A DNA stretch of 64,000 bases from Fidelibacterota bacterium (GTDB lineage: Bacteria > Fidelibacterota > UBA2242 > B5-G15), in contig JACDNV010000006.1 in assembly GCA_017656425.1 (NCBI GenBank), positions 42,542 to 106,541 on the forward strand, given 5' to 3'. Below the pieces are notes generated by a model that saw only the letters and a list, made by a program, of their open reading frames with translations, did no database searches and was not told where the DNA came from. Below are positions 46,501 to 56,422 of this stretch, one piece after another (the stretch's first letter is position 1; each line of letters opens with the position of its first letter). A program made the translations under genes and the position numbers.

Positions 46501-46560
46501 TTGAAAAAAAGTTAAAAAACAGAGTAATGAAATTGTTGCGAAGCTAATTACCTTATTCAT
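43513..46560 (-). CDS. TonB-dependent receptor, SusC/RagA-like (N-terminal CarbopepD_reg domain), paralogue A
   Basis: 1015 aa. CarbopepD-like GKIVGFVYDSKTKKPLPFANVVV...GNYILQIRFIGYE, a plug region and a C-terminal aromatic residue (…LRYKF). Confidence 0.8.
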   Translation of the reverse strand: MNKVISFATISLLCFLTFFQIVFPQENGKIVGFVYDSKTKKPLPFANVVVKGTYMGAASNEEGRFEIDGVPPGNYILQIRFIGYEDKDIPVVVNSGEETNVTAFLDYKGLKLQEVVVTAQAKGQLNAINEQLNALSVKNVVSSEKIQELPDESAAAALSRLPGISLQDGDKVVIRGIQAKQNVVLMNGVQLPSTSLSDRSVNLGFISSNMLSGIEVFKVLTPDMDANSIGGVVNLKIMEAPEGSHFDFFGQGFYNGLDRTTDNYKSWASISKRFFNNKLGVFIQGHMDRSNVGNDRIGSSFSINDPTVPFGEGIYRMTGFDYTDEENIISNKGGSIILDYELPNGKIILQNSISHNRNDFANYRNIFTFTENLGQYSIFRDFHERQLMINSLMGEYKFGNLKMEFSLSHSSSNKNTVERYADPGQNFNFEDRSPFGAGINYLTAGDTMDLNDVYEIEIDDSSYYRAELHGWATTREEDFNQHLYTSKVDFSIPVKLLYGVTADIKFGGKYDHSYRKNDIEAYYNRTGNTDFYDAIPREKKDGKIYYYIDGYTIVRDESEPLSPTHPLRFMEVVRSSYERGNYFLDGKYPIKYVVDKGIMDPFFLIAPKGWGIGTHEEWSTQDDFVGTEDFLAGYFMSTFKIGPRLTLLGGIRWEEYRMNYDGHILIVTHPVDGDALVQDDSTDIDEVDRSDVNWFPNLQLKYKLTEWADLRLAYTEAISRPDYLAIVPTVLYEPGGYTRVGNPKLKPTEVTNYDAALSIYSHNIGLISIAPFYKKLENVFFSTSVYYQNIDKYEINFPDTALMQKLGWSKLPEKSLLINSYINNKYPGYVRGIEFEWQSNLWYLPKPFNSLVINVNYTRTWSSMKYLRIENTDSAYYEQVGPIKVKKYKYITKEKTYKDRLLHQADHILNLILGFDYKGFSGRLSFNLTDDEVSYIGSRPEDDVYTGIITRWDLTVKQKLPVKGLSVQFNIVNLTGTSIKNYREFKRPGSDKIERTLVGELYTPTLYELVLRYKF

Positions 46561-46744
46561 ATCCCCCCTCTTATTTTTTGTAGTTCAATTTCGCCAACAC
46601 GAAATTATTATAATATAATTTATGTTAAATGTCAATAAAATAATTTATATACTAATCATTAAAATTTAACTATTGATTTTTATAAAATTGTTAATATATT
46701 TTAACTAAAGCATTTTGAAATTAATAAATATATGGAGGGTTTAA

Positions 46745-49132
46745 ATGACTTGTTCTAACACAATCAAATTTTTTGCGGTCTATTTAATTCTAATTATTTC
46801 AATTGCTATTTCACAAACAGTTAAAAACGGTGGTTTTGAAAACACCTCTTTAGGTGAAATAACGAACGAAAGTATCGAAGGTTGGTCTTTCCCTGTGGGA
46901 TCAAGTGTTTCAGACCCACCCTATTTCGCTATAGTTGATGATACTGTACACAAAGGAAACCACGCTTTAATGGTTGTGGTAAAATCTATTGGTACTAATG
47001 ACTGGGACATACAGGCAGTAGCCGAAAGCATTAAAGTAGATCCAGCCAAAACTTACATCTATTCAGTCTGGGCAAAGTCAAAAAAAGGAAATGCAAAAGT
47101 AAATTTTACAGTCGGTAATTACATCTATCACGAATACGGAAGAATAGGAGGTGTTACCCTTTCAACAGAATGGGAGAATTTTACATTTGAATTTCAATTA
47201 GACGACGGCAGTACAACTATAAGAGCTCCAATTCATTTTAATTTTTCTGAAAATATCAGAGATACAATATGGATTGATGATTTCAAAATTATAGATGTTG
47301 AAAAAGAATTTGCCTCAAGAGTACCAGTGATCATTGAAGCAGAAGATGGAGAACTTGGTGAAGATTTTACAACTGGTACCGACGGAGACATTACATACAT
47401 CACTGTCACAACAGATTATGCTGCTGATGTTGCAAAAAGTGCTCCAGATACCCTCAACAGAAACAAGAGAACTGTAAAATACAATGTGCTATTCCCATAT
47501 GCAGGTACATATAGCTTATATGCTAAAGTAAAGGTGGGTCCAAATGGATATAATGATGATAGCTTCTGGTATTCCAACGGATTTGGAGATAAGGACGCTT
47601 CCAATCCCGATGATTGGATAGCTGTAAATGGATTAGCTAACGCAGGTTTTACAAATGCCGAAGATGTAATCTTTGAACGTGGGGCGGCTGGAAACAATGT
47701 CTGGAAGTGGGTAAATCTATCGAATAATAAAATGGAAGGTGAGGTACCAATTAATTTTACGGTTCAAGAAGATAGTACCACAGTTATTTTTATGATTGGT
47801 GGCCGTGAAGATGGATTATATTTCGATAAGTTTGCCTTTGGTCGCTCTGATTTATATTTCACTGTTGAAATGCTTGATAGTGCCTGGGCAGGATCTCCAG
47901 AATGGCCAAAAGAACCCGTTGAAACCTGGCCTGGACCACCATTAGCCACAGGCCATATTAAATTCCTTGGAAACGTATGGAGTAGCCCACAAAAGAAAGA
48001 TTTTGAAAAGTACTGGAATCAGGTAACACCTGAAAATGCTGGAAAATGGGGTTCTGTCGAGGGAACAAGAGATGTTATGAACTGGACTATACTTGATGAA
48101 GCTTACAATTTTGCAAAAGAACATGAATTCCCATTTATGTTTCACGTCCTTATATGGGGAGCACAACAACCTTCCTGGATGAATGATAATACTTTAACTG
48201 ATGATGAAAAATATGAAGAGATCACGGAATGGTTCCATGCAGTCGCTGATAGATACCCTGATATTGACTTCTTACAGGTTGTCAACGAACCTTTACATCA
48301 ACCACCTCAATACAAAAGCGCTCTCGGCGGCAATGGAGATACAGGCTGGGATTGGGTAATAAATGCATTTCAATTAGCAAGAGATATTTTCCCGGATACT
48401 GTAAAACTAATGATAAACGACTTCGGAATCATTGGAAGTACAAGCTCTACCCAACAGTATTTAAACATAATAAACCTTCTTAAAGAAAGAGGTCTAATTG
48501 ACGCTATTGGAGTACAGGGGCATGCATTTACCACTTACTATGCTTCCACATCCACTATAAAATCATGTCTCGATTTATTGGCATCCACAGGTTTACCCGT
48601 CTATGTTACTGAATTAGATATAGATGGTGTTGACGATCAGGTTCAATTAGAAGAATATCAAAGAGTATTTCCAACACTTTATCAGCACCCTGGAGTTATG
48701 GGAATAACTCTCTGGGGATGGAGACGTGGACTATGGAGAGATGAACAGGGAGCATATCTTATAAACAGTGATGGCTCCGAAAGACCAGCCATGAAATGGT
48801 TAATTGCCTATATGGATACTGTACAGGATTATGTTTCAATTGAAGAAGATTTAGTTCAAGGGAATCCACTTGAATTTAAATTATACAACAATTATCCAAA
48901 TCCATTTAACCCAACAACAACTATAAGTTTCTCAGTTCCAATAAATACTCACGTAAAGCTCACTGTATTTAATATTTTAGGACAGTATGTAGAAACAATA
49001 TATCAAGGTAACGTAACTCCCGGTACATATTCTATTCTTTTTGATGGTTCACAATTAGAAAGTGGAATATATTTCTATCGAATCGATGCGGATGGTTTTA
49101 GCCAGACGAAAAAGTTTATACTTCTAAAATAG
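46745..49132 (+). CDS. T9SS-secreted endo-1,4-beta-xylanase GH10 with N-terminal CBM4_9/CBM22-like modules
   Basis: The GH10 core has WNQVTPENAGKW...VVNEP...VYVTELDIDG, with the catalytic Glu in NEP and TELD. The N-terminal CBM has GGFENT...WIDDFKI. CTD NYPNPFNPTTTISF...SGIYFYRI. Confidence 0.85.
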   Translation: MTCSNTIKFFAVYLILIISIAISQTVKNGGFENTSLGEITNESIEGWSFPVGSSVSDPPYFAIVDDTVHKGNHALMVVVKSIGTNDWDIQAVAESIKVDPAKTYIYSVWAKSKKGNAKVNFTVGNYIYHEYGRIGGVTLSTEWENFTFEFQLDDGSTTIRAPIHFNFSENIRDTIWIDDFKIIDVEKEFASRVPVIIEAEDGELGEDFTTGTDGDITYITVTTDYAADVAKSAPDTLNRNKRTVKYNVLFPYAGTYSLYAKVKVGPNGYNDDSFWYSNGFGDKDASNPDDWIAVNGLANAGFTNAEDVIFERGAAGNNVWKWVNLSNNKMEGEVPINFTVQEDSTTVIFMIGGREDGLYFDKFAFGRSDLYFTVEMLDSAWAGSPEWPKEPVETWPGPPLATGHIKFLGNVWSSPQKKDFEKYWNQVTPENAGKWGSVEGTRDVMNWTILDEAYNFAKEHEFPFMFHVLIWGAQQPSWMNDNTLTDDEKYEEITEWFHAVADRYPDIDFLQVVNEPLHQPPQYKSALGGNGDTGWDWVINAFQLARDIFPDTVKLMINDFGIIGSTSSTQQYLNIINLLKERGLIDAIGVQGHAFTTYYASTSTIKSCLDLLASTGLPVYVTELDIDGVDDQVQLEEYQRVFPTLYQHPGVMGITLWGWRRGLWRDEQGAYLINSDGSERPAMKWLIAYMDTVQDYVSIEEDLVQGNPLEFKLYNNYPNPFNPTTTISFSVPINTHVKLTVFNILGQYVETIYQGNVTPGTYSILFDGSQLESGIYFYRIDADGFSQTKKFILLK

Positions 49133-49149
49133 AACAACACGGAGTTAAT

Positions 49150-49186
49150 AAAAAAGGGGCGGTTATTATCACTGCCCCTTTTTTAT
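49150..49186 (+). terminator. bidirectional rho-independent terminator between convergent GH10 and GH127 genes
   Basis: Sequence aaaaaggggcggttattatcactgcccctttttt: a GC stem flanked by an A-run and a T-run. Confidence 0.7.
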
Positions 49187-49215
49187 TACATTTTAAAATC
49201 ACAAAAAATCAAAAA

Positions 49216-51159
49216 TCAATTCACTATAGGAAACCATACCTTCATTTTTCCAATACCTCTATTTGACCATACATAATAGGGAATAAGAATGAGACTTTCA
49301 TTATTAAATGTACTTTCAATAGCTAAAACCTTTTCCGATAGTATCTTCATACCTTTTATATTAAATTCAATATTATTCGGGATTGTAATATCTGAAATAT
49401 TTTTATTATCAACCTCCTCTGCACAGTATACAAAGGGACCATATTCAAAAGCCACTTTATTTCTATCTTCAATAACATTTTTATTCGCTATCACCATACG
49501 TACTTTCATTGGAAAAATCAATTCTACTTTATCCCCCTTTTTCCACCTCTTTATAATTTCAGCATAGCCTTTATTGTTGATTTTTAACTTCTTCTTTTTC
49601 TTATTTATCTTCAGAATTATTTTCACTTTTTCCGCATCTTTATAACAGTATAGGTCACCCGGAACAGGTCTCCCTTGAGTCCACCCAGGTATGCGTAATT
49701 TTAATGAGAATTTTTTACTCTTTTCTGGATTTACAAAAATTCTTATATGCCCATCCCACGGATAATCAGTCTCTTGCTCAACTATGACTTTGGTATCACC
49801 TATAAGTATTTCTGCTTTACTTGAAATGAATAAATTTACATATATACTATTTTTATCATTAGCATAAATGAGACCTGGTATATACGGTATAAACCTAATT
49901 AAGTTTGTCGGGCAACAAGAACAGTCAAACCATGGTTTTCGAGTGCAAGTACCCTGATTGAAAGCATATTTACCATCGGATTCCAAAGGATTTGGATAAA
50001 AGAATTTTGTACCATCAATTGATATTCCGGATATAATACCATTATATAAGGTTCTTTCTATTATATCATAATACTTTGAATCCCCAAATAGGAGAAACAT
50101 CTTGTGATTCCATAAAACATTCCCTATTGATGCGCATGTCTCACAATATGCTGTAAGATTTGGTAATTCATAATTCTTACCAAATGCCTCACCCTCATGT
50201 CTTGAACCAATTCCACCAGTTATATACATTTTTTTGTTTACAACGTTTTCCCATAACCTGCTAACAGCATTTAAATATGCCGTATCTTCAAAAATTGCTG
50301 CAATATCTGTCATCGCAGCATACATATATACTGCTCTTACTGCATGTCCAACAGCCTCAGTTTGCCTTGTAACAGGTTTGTGGTCCTGACTATATTCTCC
50401 ATAAAGCTTATGAGTCGTTGAATCCCCCCTGATATCTAGAAAAAATTTAGCAAGCTCAAGATAATTTCTATTACCAGTAACTTCATACAACCTGATAAGT
50501 CCGCTTTCAACAATCTGATGCCCGGGAGGTACACTCAATTTATCCTGCCCAAAATTTTTCACCAGCAAATCAGCATTCTTTATAGCAATATCCAAAAAAT
50601 TTCTTTTACCAGTTGATAAATAGTGAGCAACGGCAGCATGAAACAAGTGCCCACTATTGTATAATTCATGACTACTTACAAGATTTTCCCATCTTTTCTT
50701 GGAGGGCTTCACCCACCACGCTGGAGGATTCTTTCTATCAATGGTAAACCATGTTGTTATGTATCCATCAGATTCTTGACCTACCTTTATTATGTCAATT
50801 ACTGAATCCAAATAGGCTTCAAGTTTAGCATCAGGTAATGTAATCAGCGAATAAGACGCACCCTCAATAATTTTATATAAATCAGTATCATCAAAAGGCA
50901 TTTTCCCCCTGTATTTACCTTTTTTTACACCACCAGCTACTAAAAAATTATCCATTCTGCCTTCTTTTTCACACTTTTCAAAAGCGTAAGGAATGGTTAT
51001 TTCCTGAATTTTCTTTATCTTTGGAAACCAAAAGTTATCATTAATTTTAACATTTTTTATATCTACCTTTGAAATGGGATATCGTAGATAATTTTTACCA
51101 CTAGTTACATCGCAAAGCATCAAAAAAATATAAATTAAGATTATTATTACCCCGTTCAT
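49216..51159 (-). CDS. beta-L-arabinofuranosidase GH127 (HypBA1/DUF1680 family)
   Basis: 647 aa with the conserved Cys cluster WFDCSCCPTN plus ...ETCASIGNV... and ...ELYNSGHLFHAAVAHY... Confidence 0.75.
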   Translation of the reverse strand: MNGVIIILIYIFLMLCDVTSGKNYLRYPISKVDIKNVKINDNFWFPKIKKIQEITIPYAFEKCEKEGRMDNFLVAGGVKKGKYRGKMPFDDTDLYKIIEGASYSLITLPDAKLEAYLDSVIDIIKVGQESDGYITTWFTIDRKNPPAWWVKPSKKRWENLVSSHELYNSGHLFHAAVAHYLSTGKRNFLDIAIKNADLLVKNFGQDKLSVPPGHQIVESGLIRLYEVTGNRNYLELAKFFLDIRGDSTTHKLYGEYSQDHKPVTRQTEAVGHAVRAVYMYAAMTDIAAIFEDTAYLNAVSRLWENVVNKKMYITGGIGSRHEGEAFGKNYELPNLTAYCETCASIGNVLWNHKMFLLFGDSKYYDIIERTLYNGIISGISIDGTKFFYPNPLESDGKYAFNQGTCTRKPWFDCSCCPTNLIRFIPYIPGLIYANDKNSIYVNLFISSKAEILIGDTKVIVEQETDYPWDGHIRIFVNPEKSKKFSLKLRIPGWTQGRPVPGDLYCYKDAEKVKIILKINKKKKKLKINNKGYAEIIKRWKKGDKVELIFPMKVRMVIANKNVIEDRNKVAFEYGPFVYCAEEVDNKNISDITIPNNIEFNIKGMKILSEKVLAIESTFNNESLILIPYYVWSNRGIGKMKVWFPIVN

Positions 51160-51242
51160 TCCTTACTACCTCCTTAGCTAATTAGCCTCATAAATCATTA
51201 CTATACACTTAGTTTAGGGAGAAAAATTGTCTATACAGTAGA

Positions 51243-51288
51243 CAATACAAAAATAAAGACAGCCTGCTGTATGTATGGCAGGCTGCCT
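51243..51288 (-). terminator. rho-independent terminator downstream of the large T9SS repeat protein gene
   Basis: Perfect 8-bp stem cagcctgc/gcaggctg (51260-51287). On the minus strand it is followed by tctttatttttg. Confidence 0.65.
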
Positions 51289-51322
51289 TCATTTTATAAC
51301 ATTTTTACCGTATATAATATTC

Positions 51323-54300
51323 CTACTTCAGTAACATTAGCTTTTTAACCTTAGTAAATTCACCAGCTACCATTTTGTAGAAGTAAACTCCAGATGGTAA
51401 TCTACCAGCATCAAAAGTAATTCTATAATAACCAGCTTTGTAGTATCCCTTTGCAAGTGTGGCTACCTGTCTTCCCATAATATCGTAGACCACTATCTTC
51501 ACATCAGTATCTTTCGGTAATGTAAATTCGATATTAGTCGTCGGGTTGAATGGGTTCGGATAGTTCTGTTTGAGTTCAAATTCCACTGGTCTATTAGCAA
51601 AATCAGGTCCTATAGCGACTTCTGGAGTATTTGTTGTATCAGCTTTCAGCCCGATAAATTTTATAGCCGCAACTCTACTATTAGTAGTATTTAGTGCGAA
51701 CAGAAAGCTATTTATCGTGTCAGTAACCACATTATTATCATATGCAGATGCTTCAAATATATAGCTATTATCTTTCTTGGATAATTTAATTTTAACACAT
51801 GCATTTCCATCGGCATCTTTACCATAATAAAGTTCGAACTCGTATTTACCTGAATCTCCTATTGCTCCTGCAGGAGATTGAACTGCATCGCTTAAAACAT
51901 AATTGTCCGGACCATTCGTCGATAACCATACATTATTCACTACTGCACCAATCGAACCACTCACACCGGAAGCAAGCCAGTATGGTAATGGATTGTCACC
52001 ACTTGGGGGAATGAACAAATATCCAGTTCCAATTTCTGAACCTGTCCAGTGATAATCAACGAGTTCGCCAGCATCTGAATTGAACAATCCCAATCTCATT
52101 GCATTGTCATTATCAAAACCACCTCCAATAAGTTCCATTTCACCATATACTTTAACTGCTCTACCAGCTTCAGGTATGATAGGTGCATCAAATTCACCCC
52201 TAATAGCTATCCAAGCTGAAGTTTGAACGATAGGATATAAAGTAAAATCTCCAACAAATTCTCCAGGCTGTAATGTCCATTGACCATTACCATTCCTACC
52301 ACCTACAAATCCAATATCTGATAAGTAATGATTAACAAAAGGAGGTAATGGTATTTTTATTGGATCACCCTTATCTACCTTAACCTCGTAAAGTTTTACC
52401 AACTTTGTCTGTGAATCCTTATTGAAACCAAAGCATATTAGATTAAATTTTGTAGTTATCTGTGCTGAATCATAGGCTACGCCGGCAAACCAGTATTTTT
52501 CATTTTCTTCAACAAGATACCAGCGGATTTCATTAATACCGCCAGGTAATGCTTTAACCGAAATCGCGAAATCATACATCCCGGCTATCATTTCTGCATT
52601 ACGTGGTCTTTGCTCAACTTGTGATAGTGCCCATGTTCCAGCACTGTTAGTACTGTACCAACTACCATCAGGCTCTCTCCAAACAACTCCAACTTTGGCA
52701 TAAGCAGGTACCCCTCTCCAGGTATTTGACATAGTTCCCGTTCCAGTTCGAGGTGTGAATAGGTAGGTATCCCAAGTTCCTTCACTAACCCATCTTGCAG
52801 AATCAGTCAGTGCATTCTCTAACTTAGCATCCTCTTGATATGCTAACCCATATCTTATATGGGTATATGCGCTACCACCACCTCCTCCTATGAGCTCAAG
52901 TTTACCAGTTACAATAATTGCCTTCTCCTCACTAATCTCAACAGCTTCGCCAAAACCACCTGCTATAGTTGCCCAGTTTGATGGCGGATTCGTAAGTGTT
53001 GTGTCTCCAAATATTGCATCGCCAACCAGCGTCGTCGAATCATTAAGAATAGCCCAATTCATATCTGCATTCAATCTATCTTTACCCCACAGATCAACAT
53101 AAAATGGTTCCCATGGAGCTTCAGGCACCTCTATAGGATCTCCCATGTCTACTTCAACACCATACAATTTTACCAGCTTTGTCTGTGAATCCTTATTAAA
53201 ACCGAAGCATATCTGGTTAAATTTTGTAGTTATCATCACTGAATCATAGGCTACACCACCAAACCAATATTTATTATTTTCCTCAACAAGATACCAGCGT
53301 ATTTCGTTTATACTATCAGGTAATACTCTAACAGAAATTGCAAAATCATACATTCCTGCAATCATTTCTGCATTACGAGGTGCCTGTAACTGTTGCGATA
53401 AAGCCCACGTTCCAGCGCTATTAGTACTGTACCAACTACCATCAGGCTCTCTCCAGACTACTCCAACTTTGGCATAAGCAGGTACTCCTCTCCAGGTATT
53501 TGACATAGTTCCCATTCCAGTTCGAGGTGTGAATAGGTAACTAAACCAATTCTTGGGGCTTTCCCACTTTGCACTATCGGTATTTTGATACTTCAACACA
53601 GCGCTATCCTGATATGCAACTGCATACCTCATATGGGTATATGCACTACCACCACCTCCTCCTATGAGCTCAAGTTTACCACGAATAATCACAGCTTTAT
53701 CGGTAGTTGCCTGTACTTCGTCAAAACCACCTGCTATGGTTGCCCAGCCTGATGGCGGATTCGTAAGTGTTGTGTCTCCAAATATTACATCACCTCTTGG
53801 CATTTCAGGTACGTTAAGAAGATCCCAATTCGTATCTGCATTCAATCTATCCTTACCCCATTTGTAAACAGGAATAGGAAAAGTCCTAAGAATAAACTCG
53901 ATATCATCAGCATACCAGATTGTAGTAACTCCAGTACCTCCGATATTTCCAGTACCGGCACAATTAATTCCAAAAGCTAAATAGATAGTATCTTCGAGTG
54001 ATGCAAGGTAACCAGGTGACGGATTGGTTAACTTGAAAGCTATCTCTTCCCACTCGGTCGAAGCCTCATTTACATTACGATTATAAGACCCAACCTTTAC
54101 ACTTGAATTATTATAGGCTTGTGCTGTTGGTGAGTCCTGATAGGCTTCTACAATAATATCTTTCCAACCCACATCTCCCTGTTTGAAGAAAAACTTAATT
54201 TTAATCGAATCATAATCTGCAAGTGTTTTGCCTTCTTCCAGTACCACCTTAACTACTGGTGCAGCATTGTAATTGTTAGGCGTGAATTTTAACGCCTTAT

Positions 54301-54493
54301 TACCAGGCTCTCCGGGTAATGTGTCGATTACAGCAGTTTCCCCTGTATTCCAACCAATAACATCAAGCGTATCACCTATTTCGTAATCTTCAAAATCAAT
54401 TACCTGTGCCTGTAATGCTATCCCGCTTAAAAATAGGATACACATTACAAATACGGGCCAAATGTTTCTTTTTTTCTTCATTTTACCCTCCAT
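51323..54493 (-). CDS. large T9SS-secreted protein with three tandem ~257-aa internal repeats (two near-identical), unknown function
   Basis: 1056 aa with a signal peptide. Repeats begin WGKDRLNAD(T/M)NW... and contain GKLELIGGGGGSAYTH and WRGVPAYAKVGVVWREPDGSWYSTNSAGTWALSQ. CTD NYPNPFNPTTNIEF...SGVYFYKM. Confidence 0.6.
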   Translation of the reverse strand: MEGKMKKKRNIWPVFVMCILFLSGIALQAQVIDFEDYEIGDTLDVIGWNTGETAVIDTLPGEPGNKALKFTPNNYNAAPVVKVVLEEGKTLADYDSIKIKFFFKQGDVGWKDIIVEAYQDSPTAQAYNNSSVKVGSYNRNVNEASTEWEEIAFKLTNPSPGYLASLEDTIYLAFGINCAGTGNIGGTGVTTIWYADDIEFILRTFPIPVYKWGKDRLNADTNWDLLNVPEMPRGDVIFGDTTLTNPPSGWATIAGGFDEVQATTDKAVIIRGKLELIGGGGGSAYTHMRYAVAYQDSAVLKYQNTDSAKWESPKNWFSYLFTPRTGMGTMSNTWRGVPAYAKVGVVWREPDGSWYSTNSAGTWALSQQLQAPRNAEMIAGMYDFAISVRVLPDSINEIRWYLVEENNKYWFGGVAYDSVMITTKFNQICFGFNKDSQTKLVKLYGVEVDMGDPIEVPEAPWEPFYVDLWGKDRLNADMNWAILNDSTTLVGDAIFGDTTLTNPPSNWATIAGGFGEAVEISEEKAIIVTGKLELIGGGGGSAYTHIRYGLAYQEDAKLENALTDSARWVSEGTWDTYLFTPRTGTGTMSNTWRGVPAYAKVGVVWREPDGSWYSTNSAGTWALSQVEQRPRNAEMIAGMYDFAISVKALPGGINEIRWYLVEENEKYWFAGVAYDSAQITTKFNLICFGFNKDSQTKLVKLYEVKVDKGDPIKIPLPPFVNHYLSDIGFVGGRNGNGQWTLQPGEFVGDFTLYPIVQTSAWIAIRGEFDAPIIPEAGRAVKVYGEMELIGGGFDNDNAMRLGLFNSDAGELVDYHWTGSEIGTGYLFIPPSGDNPLPYWLASGVSGSIGAVVNNVWLSTNGPDNYVLSDAVQSPAGAIGDSGKYEFELYYGKDADGNACVKIKLSKKDNSYIFEASAYDNNVVTDTINSFLFALNTTNSRVAAIKFIGLKADTTNTPEVAIGPDFANRPVEFELKQNYPNPFNPTTNIEFTLPKDTDVKIVVYDIMGRQVATLAKGYYKAGYYRITFDAGRLPSGVYFYKMVAGEFTKVKKLMLLK
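52340..53880 (-). repeat. intragenic tandem duplication, period ~774 bp, ~90 % nucleotide identity between copies
   Basis: The spurious plus-strand ORFs 52890..53102 and 53664..53867 are near-identical and offset by 774 nt. The protein repeats 1 and 2 are also near-identical. Confidence 0.8.
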
Positions 54494-54501
54494 ACTATTA
54501 T

Positions 54502-56415
54502 TTATTTAATTAATAATAATTTTCTTGTTAGCATTATGCCATCTGTTTCTAAACGATAAATATATACTCCACTTGGTAAGTCTTTACCATCAAATACTAC
54601 TTTATAATTACCTTTCTGCTTGAATTCACTGACTATAGTTGTAACCTCTTTTCCAATCATATTATAAACTTTTAGTTTAACAAAACCTGCCTTGGGAAGA
54701 TAATATTCAATAGTTGTAACGGGATTGAATGGATTTGGATAATTCTGTTTTAATTCATAGGATTTTAACGCAATTTCATTAATATCTTTTATTGCATTAC
54801 CTTGACTATCAGGATGTACTCCGGTTACCAACCATGTCCATATCTTTTCTCTTTCCTGATCAGCCTGCTGCAACCACTGCGAATAATAATCCTCAGCCCC
54901 TTCCCTTAAATCTGGGTTCCACCAATTATACAAATCTCCTAATGGGAATCCACCCATAGCATAGGACTTAAGCAGTTCATTTGTATATGCAAGGTTTTCT
55001 GGTAAAGGCCATTCCTGATTTTTACCAGCTTCAGGTTTATAATCCCACATGTAATCAGCATTGGTTGACCATTTTTGTTCAAGAAATAATTTTAGACTAT
55101 CGAGGTCAAGTGGTGGTTCAAAAAAGCCCGGATTTAAAGTTTCTGTCAAGGTTTGAGGATCGGAGGTAATATCTAGATTATTTGCCCTGTTTATATAGGG
55201 AAAAGCTTTCACAACTTCACCAGTTGCAGAATCCACAATTGTTGAATCACAGAAATCCTTTGTCCAGCTATCCAGCATTGGCCTTGGATAAGGAATTTCA
55301 TCAAATCTCCTTTCTCTATATAAACCTTGAACATAAGGACAGCCTACATCCATTATTCTACTACTCGGCTTCCACTCAGCGTCTTTAGTCCAGCCTCCTC
55401 TCATCCAATCTACTAACCAGCTGTCAACATAATAAGCGTTATGTGCTATTAGAATATGTCTATCCTTGTCACTAAAAGGAACTTTAAAATCAATTGAGTC
55501 AGCAGGTGTAATTGACATTATAGCACCTGAAGGATCCTCTCCTTGAGCTGGAATAAAACCCAGCATATAAGCATTTACAAATAATGAATTTGTAACATTT
55601 GCCCAGTAATATACACCACCTTCAAGGGAAAACATAACAACATTATAAAATGTACAGTGATTAAAATATACTGTATCTGCATAGTTATTCATCTCCTGCA
55701 TATAAACATATCCCATATTGGCAAAAGTACAATTTTCAAAGGATACATAGTCTGTATGATAGTCCGGCACGTCATAAGGAAACGATACCGCGCGCCCATA
55801 ATACATATAATGCTTATCTACACAATTACGAAAATAACAATTTTTAAGTTCAAGATGTAAATGTACCGCTCGAACACAGATACTTCCAGAAGCTGTTACT
55901 GCAGGACATGGCATCCACTCAAAAACACATCCTTCGAAATAACCATACTGTTGTGTTGTATCCGTTGCATCCTGATCGAAAACTATAGGTGTTCCAGTTT
56001 GAACTCCATCTATATCTGCATACCTTACCCATATATTCTTCATAATGAGATGACCGAATACTCTTATATGAAATTCTTTAGTAACAGCACCACTTGCAGT
56101 CCATAAAATTTGAGGTGGTGCAGTTTCCTGTGTATTACCAGGAGGTGGAGCAACTAACTCTAAGGTCTCTCCTTCGGGAACTTCTATAGTAGCTGTCAAG
56201 ACATATTGTTCATAGGGTTTTAATCTAAAGACTGTATTGGATAATGTTCCATTATTTATAGCTTCCTGTACTGCTTCATTCAATGTTCCTTCTTGCCCAC
56301 CTGATTCCCAGTATCCAGGTACATCTACAGTATCTTTTTGTTGCCCAAATAATAATGGAAATGTAACAACAAAAATAATTAAACTTAAGATAATTTTTTT
56401 CATCCTTTCCTCCAC
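54502..56415 (-). CDS. T9SS-secreted right-handed parallel beta-helix protein, paralogue B
   Basis: Signal peptide. Beta-helix rungs (NCTFANMGY, NHCTFYNVV, TNSLFVNAY). CTD NYPNPFNPVTTIEY...SGVYIYRL. Immediately downstream of TonB-dependent receptor paralogue B. Confidence 0.6.
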   Translation of the reverse strand: MEERMKKIILSLIIFVVTFPLLFGQQKDTVDVPGYWESGGQEGTLNEAVQEAINNGTLSNTVFRLKPYEQYVLTATIEVPEGETLELVAPPPGNTQETAPPQILWTASGAVTKEFHIRVFGHLIMKNIWVRYADIDGVQTGTPIVFDQDATDTTQQYGYFEGCVFEWMPCPAVTASGSICVRAVHLHLELKNCYFRNCVDKHYMYYGRAVSFPYDVPDYHTDYVSFENCTFANMGYVYMQEMNNYADTVYFNHCTFYNVVMFSLEGGVYYWANVTNSLFVNAYMLGFIPAQGEDPSGAIMSITPADSIDFKVPFSDKDRHILIAHNAYYVDSWLVDWMRGGWTKDAEWKPSSRIMDVGCPYVQGLYRERRFDEIPYPRPMLDSWTKDFCDSTIVDSATGEVVKAFPYINRANNLDITSDPQTLTETLNPGFFEPPLDLDSLKLFLEQKWSTNADYMWDYKPEAGKNQEWPLPENLAYTNELLKSYAMGGFPLGDLYNWWNPDLREGAEDYYSQWLQQADQEREKIWTWLVTGVHPDSQGNAIKDINEIALKSYELKQNYPNPFNPVTTIEYYLPKAGFVKLKVYNMIGKEVTTIVSEFKQKGNYKVVFDGKDLPSGVYIYRLETDGIMLTRKLLLIK

Positions 56416-56422
56416 TTATTAT

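Noticed and set aside
52890-53867. Two similar 67-70-aa plus-strand ORFs (52890..53102 and 53664..53867) that might look like a duplicated small gene
   Set aside because: They are antisense shadows of the two near-identical repeats inside the large minus-strand T9SS protein gene.
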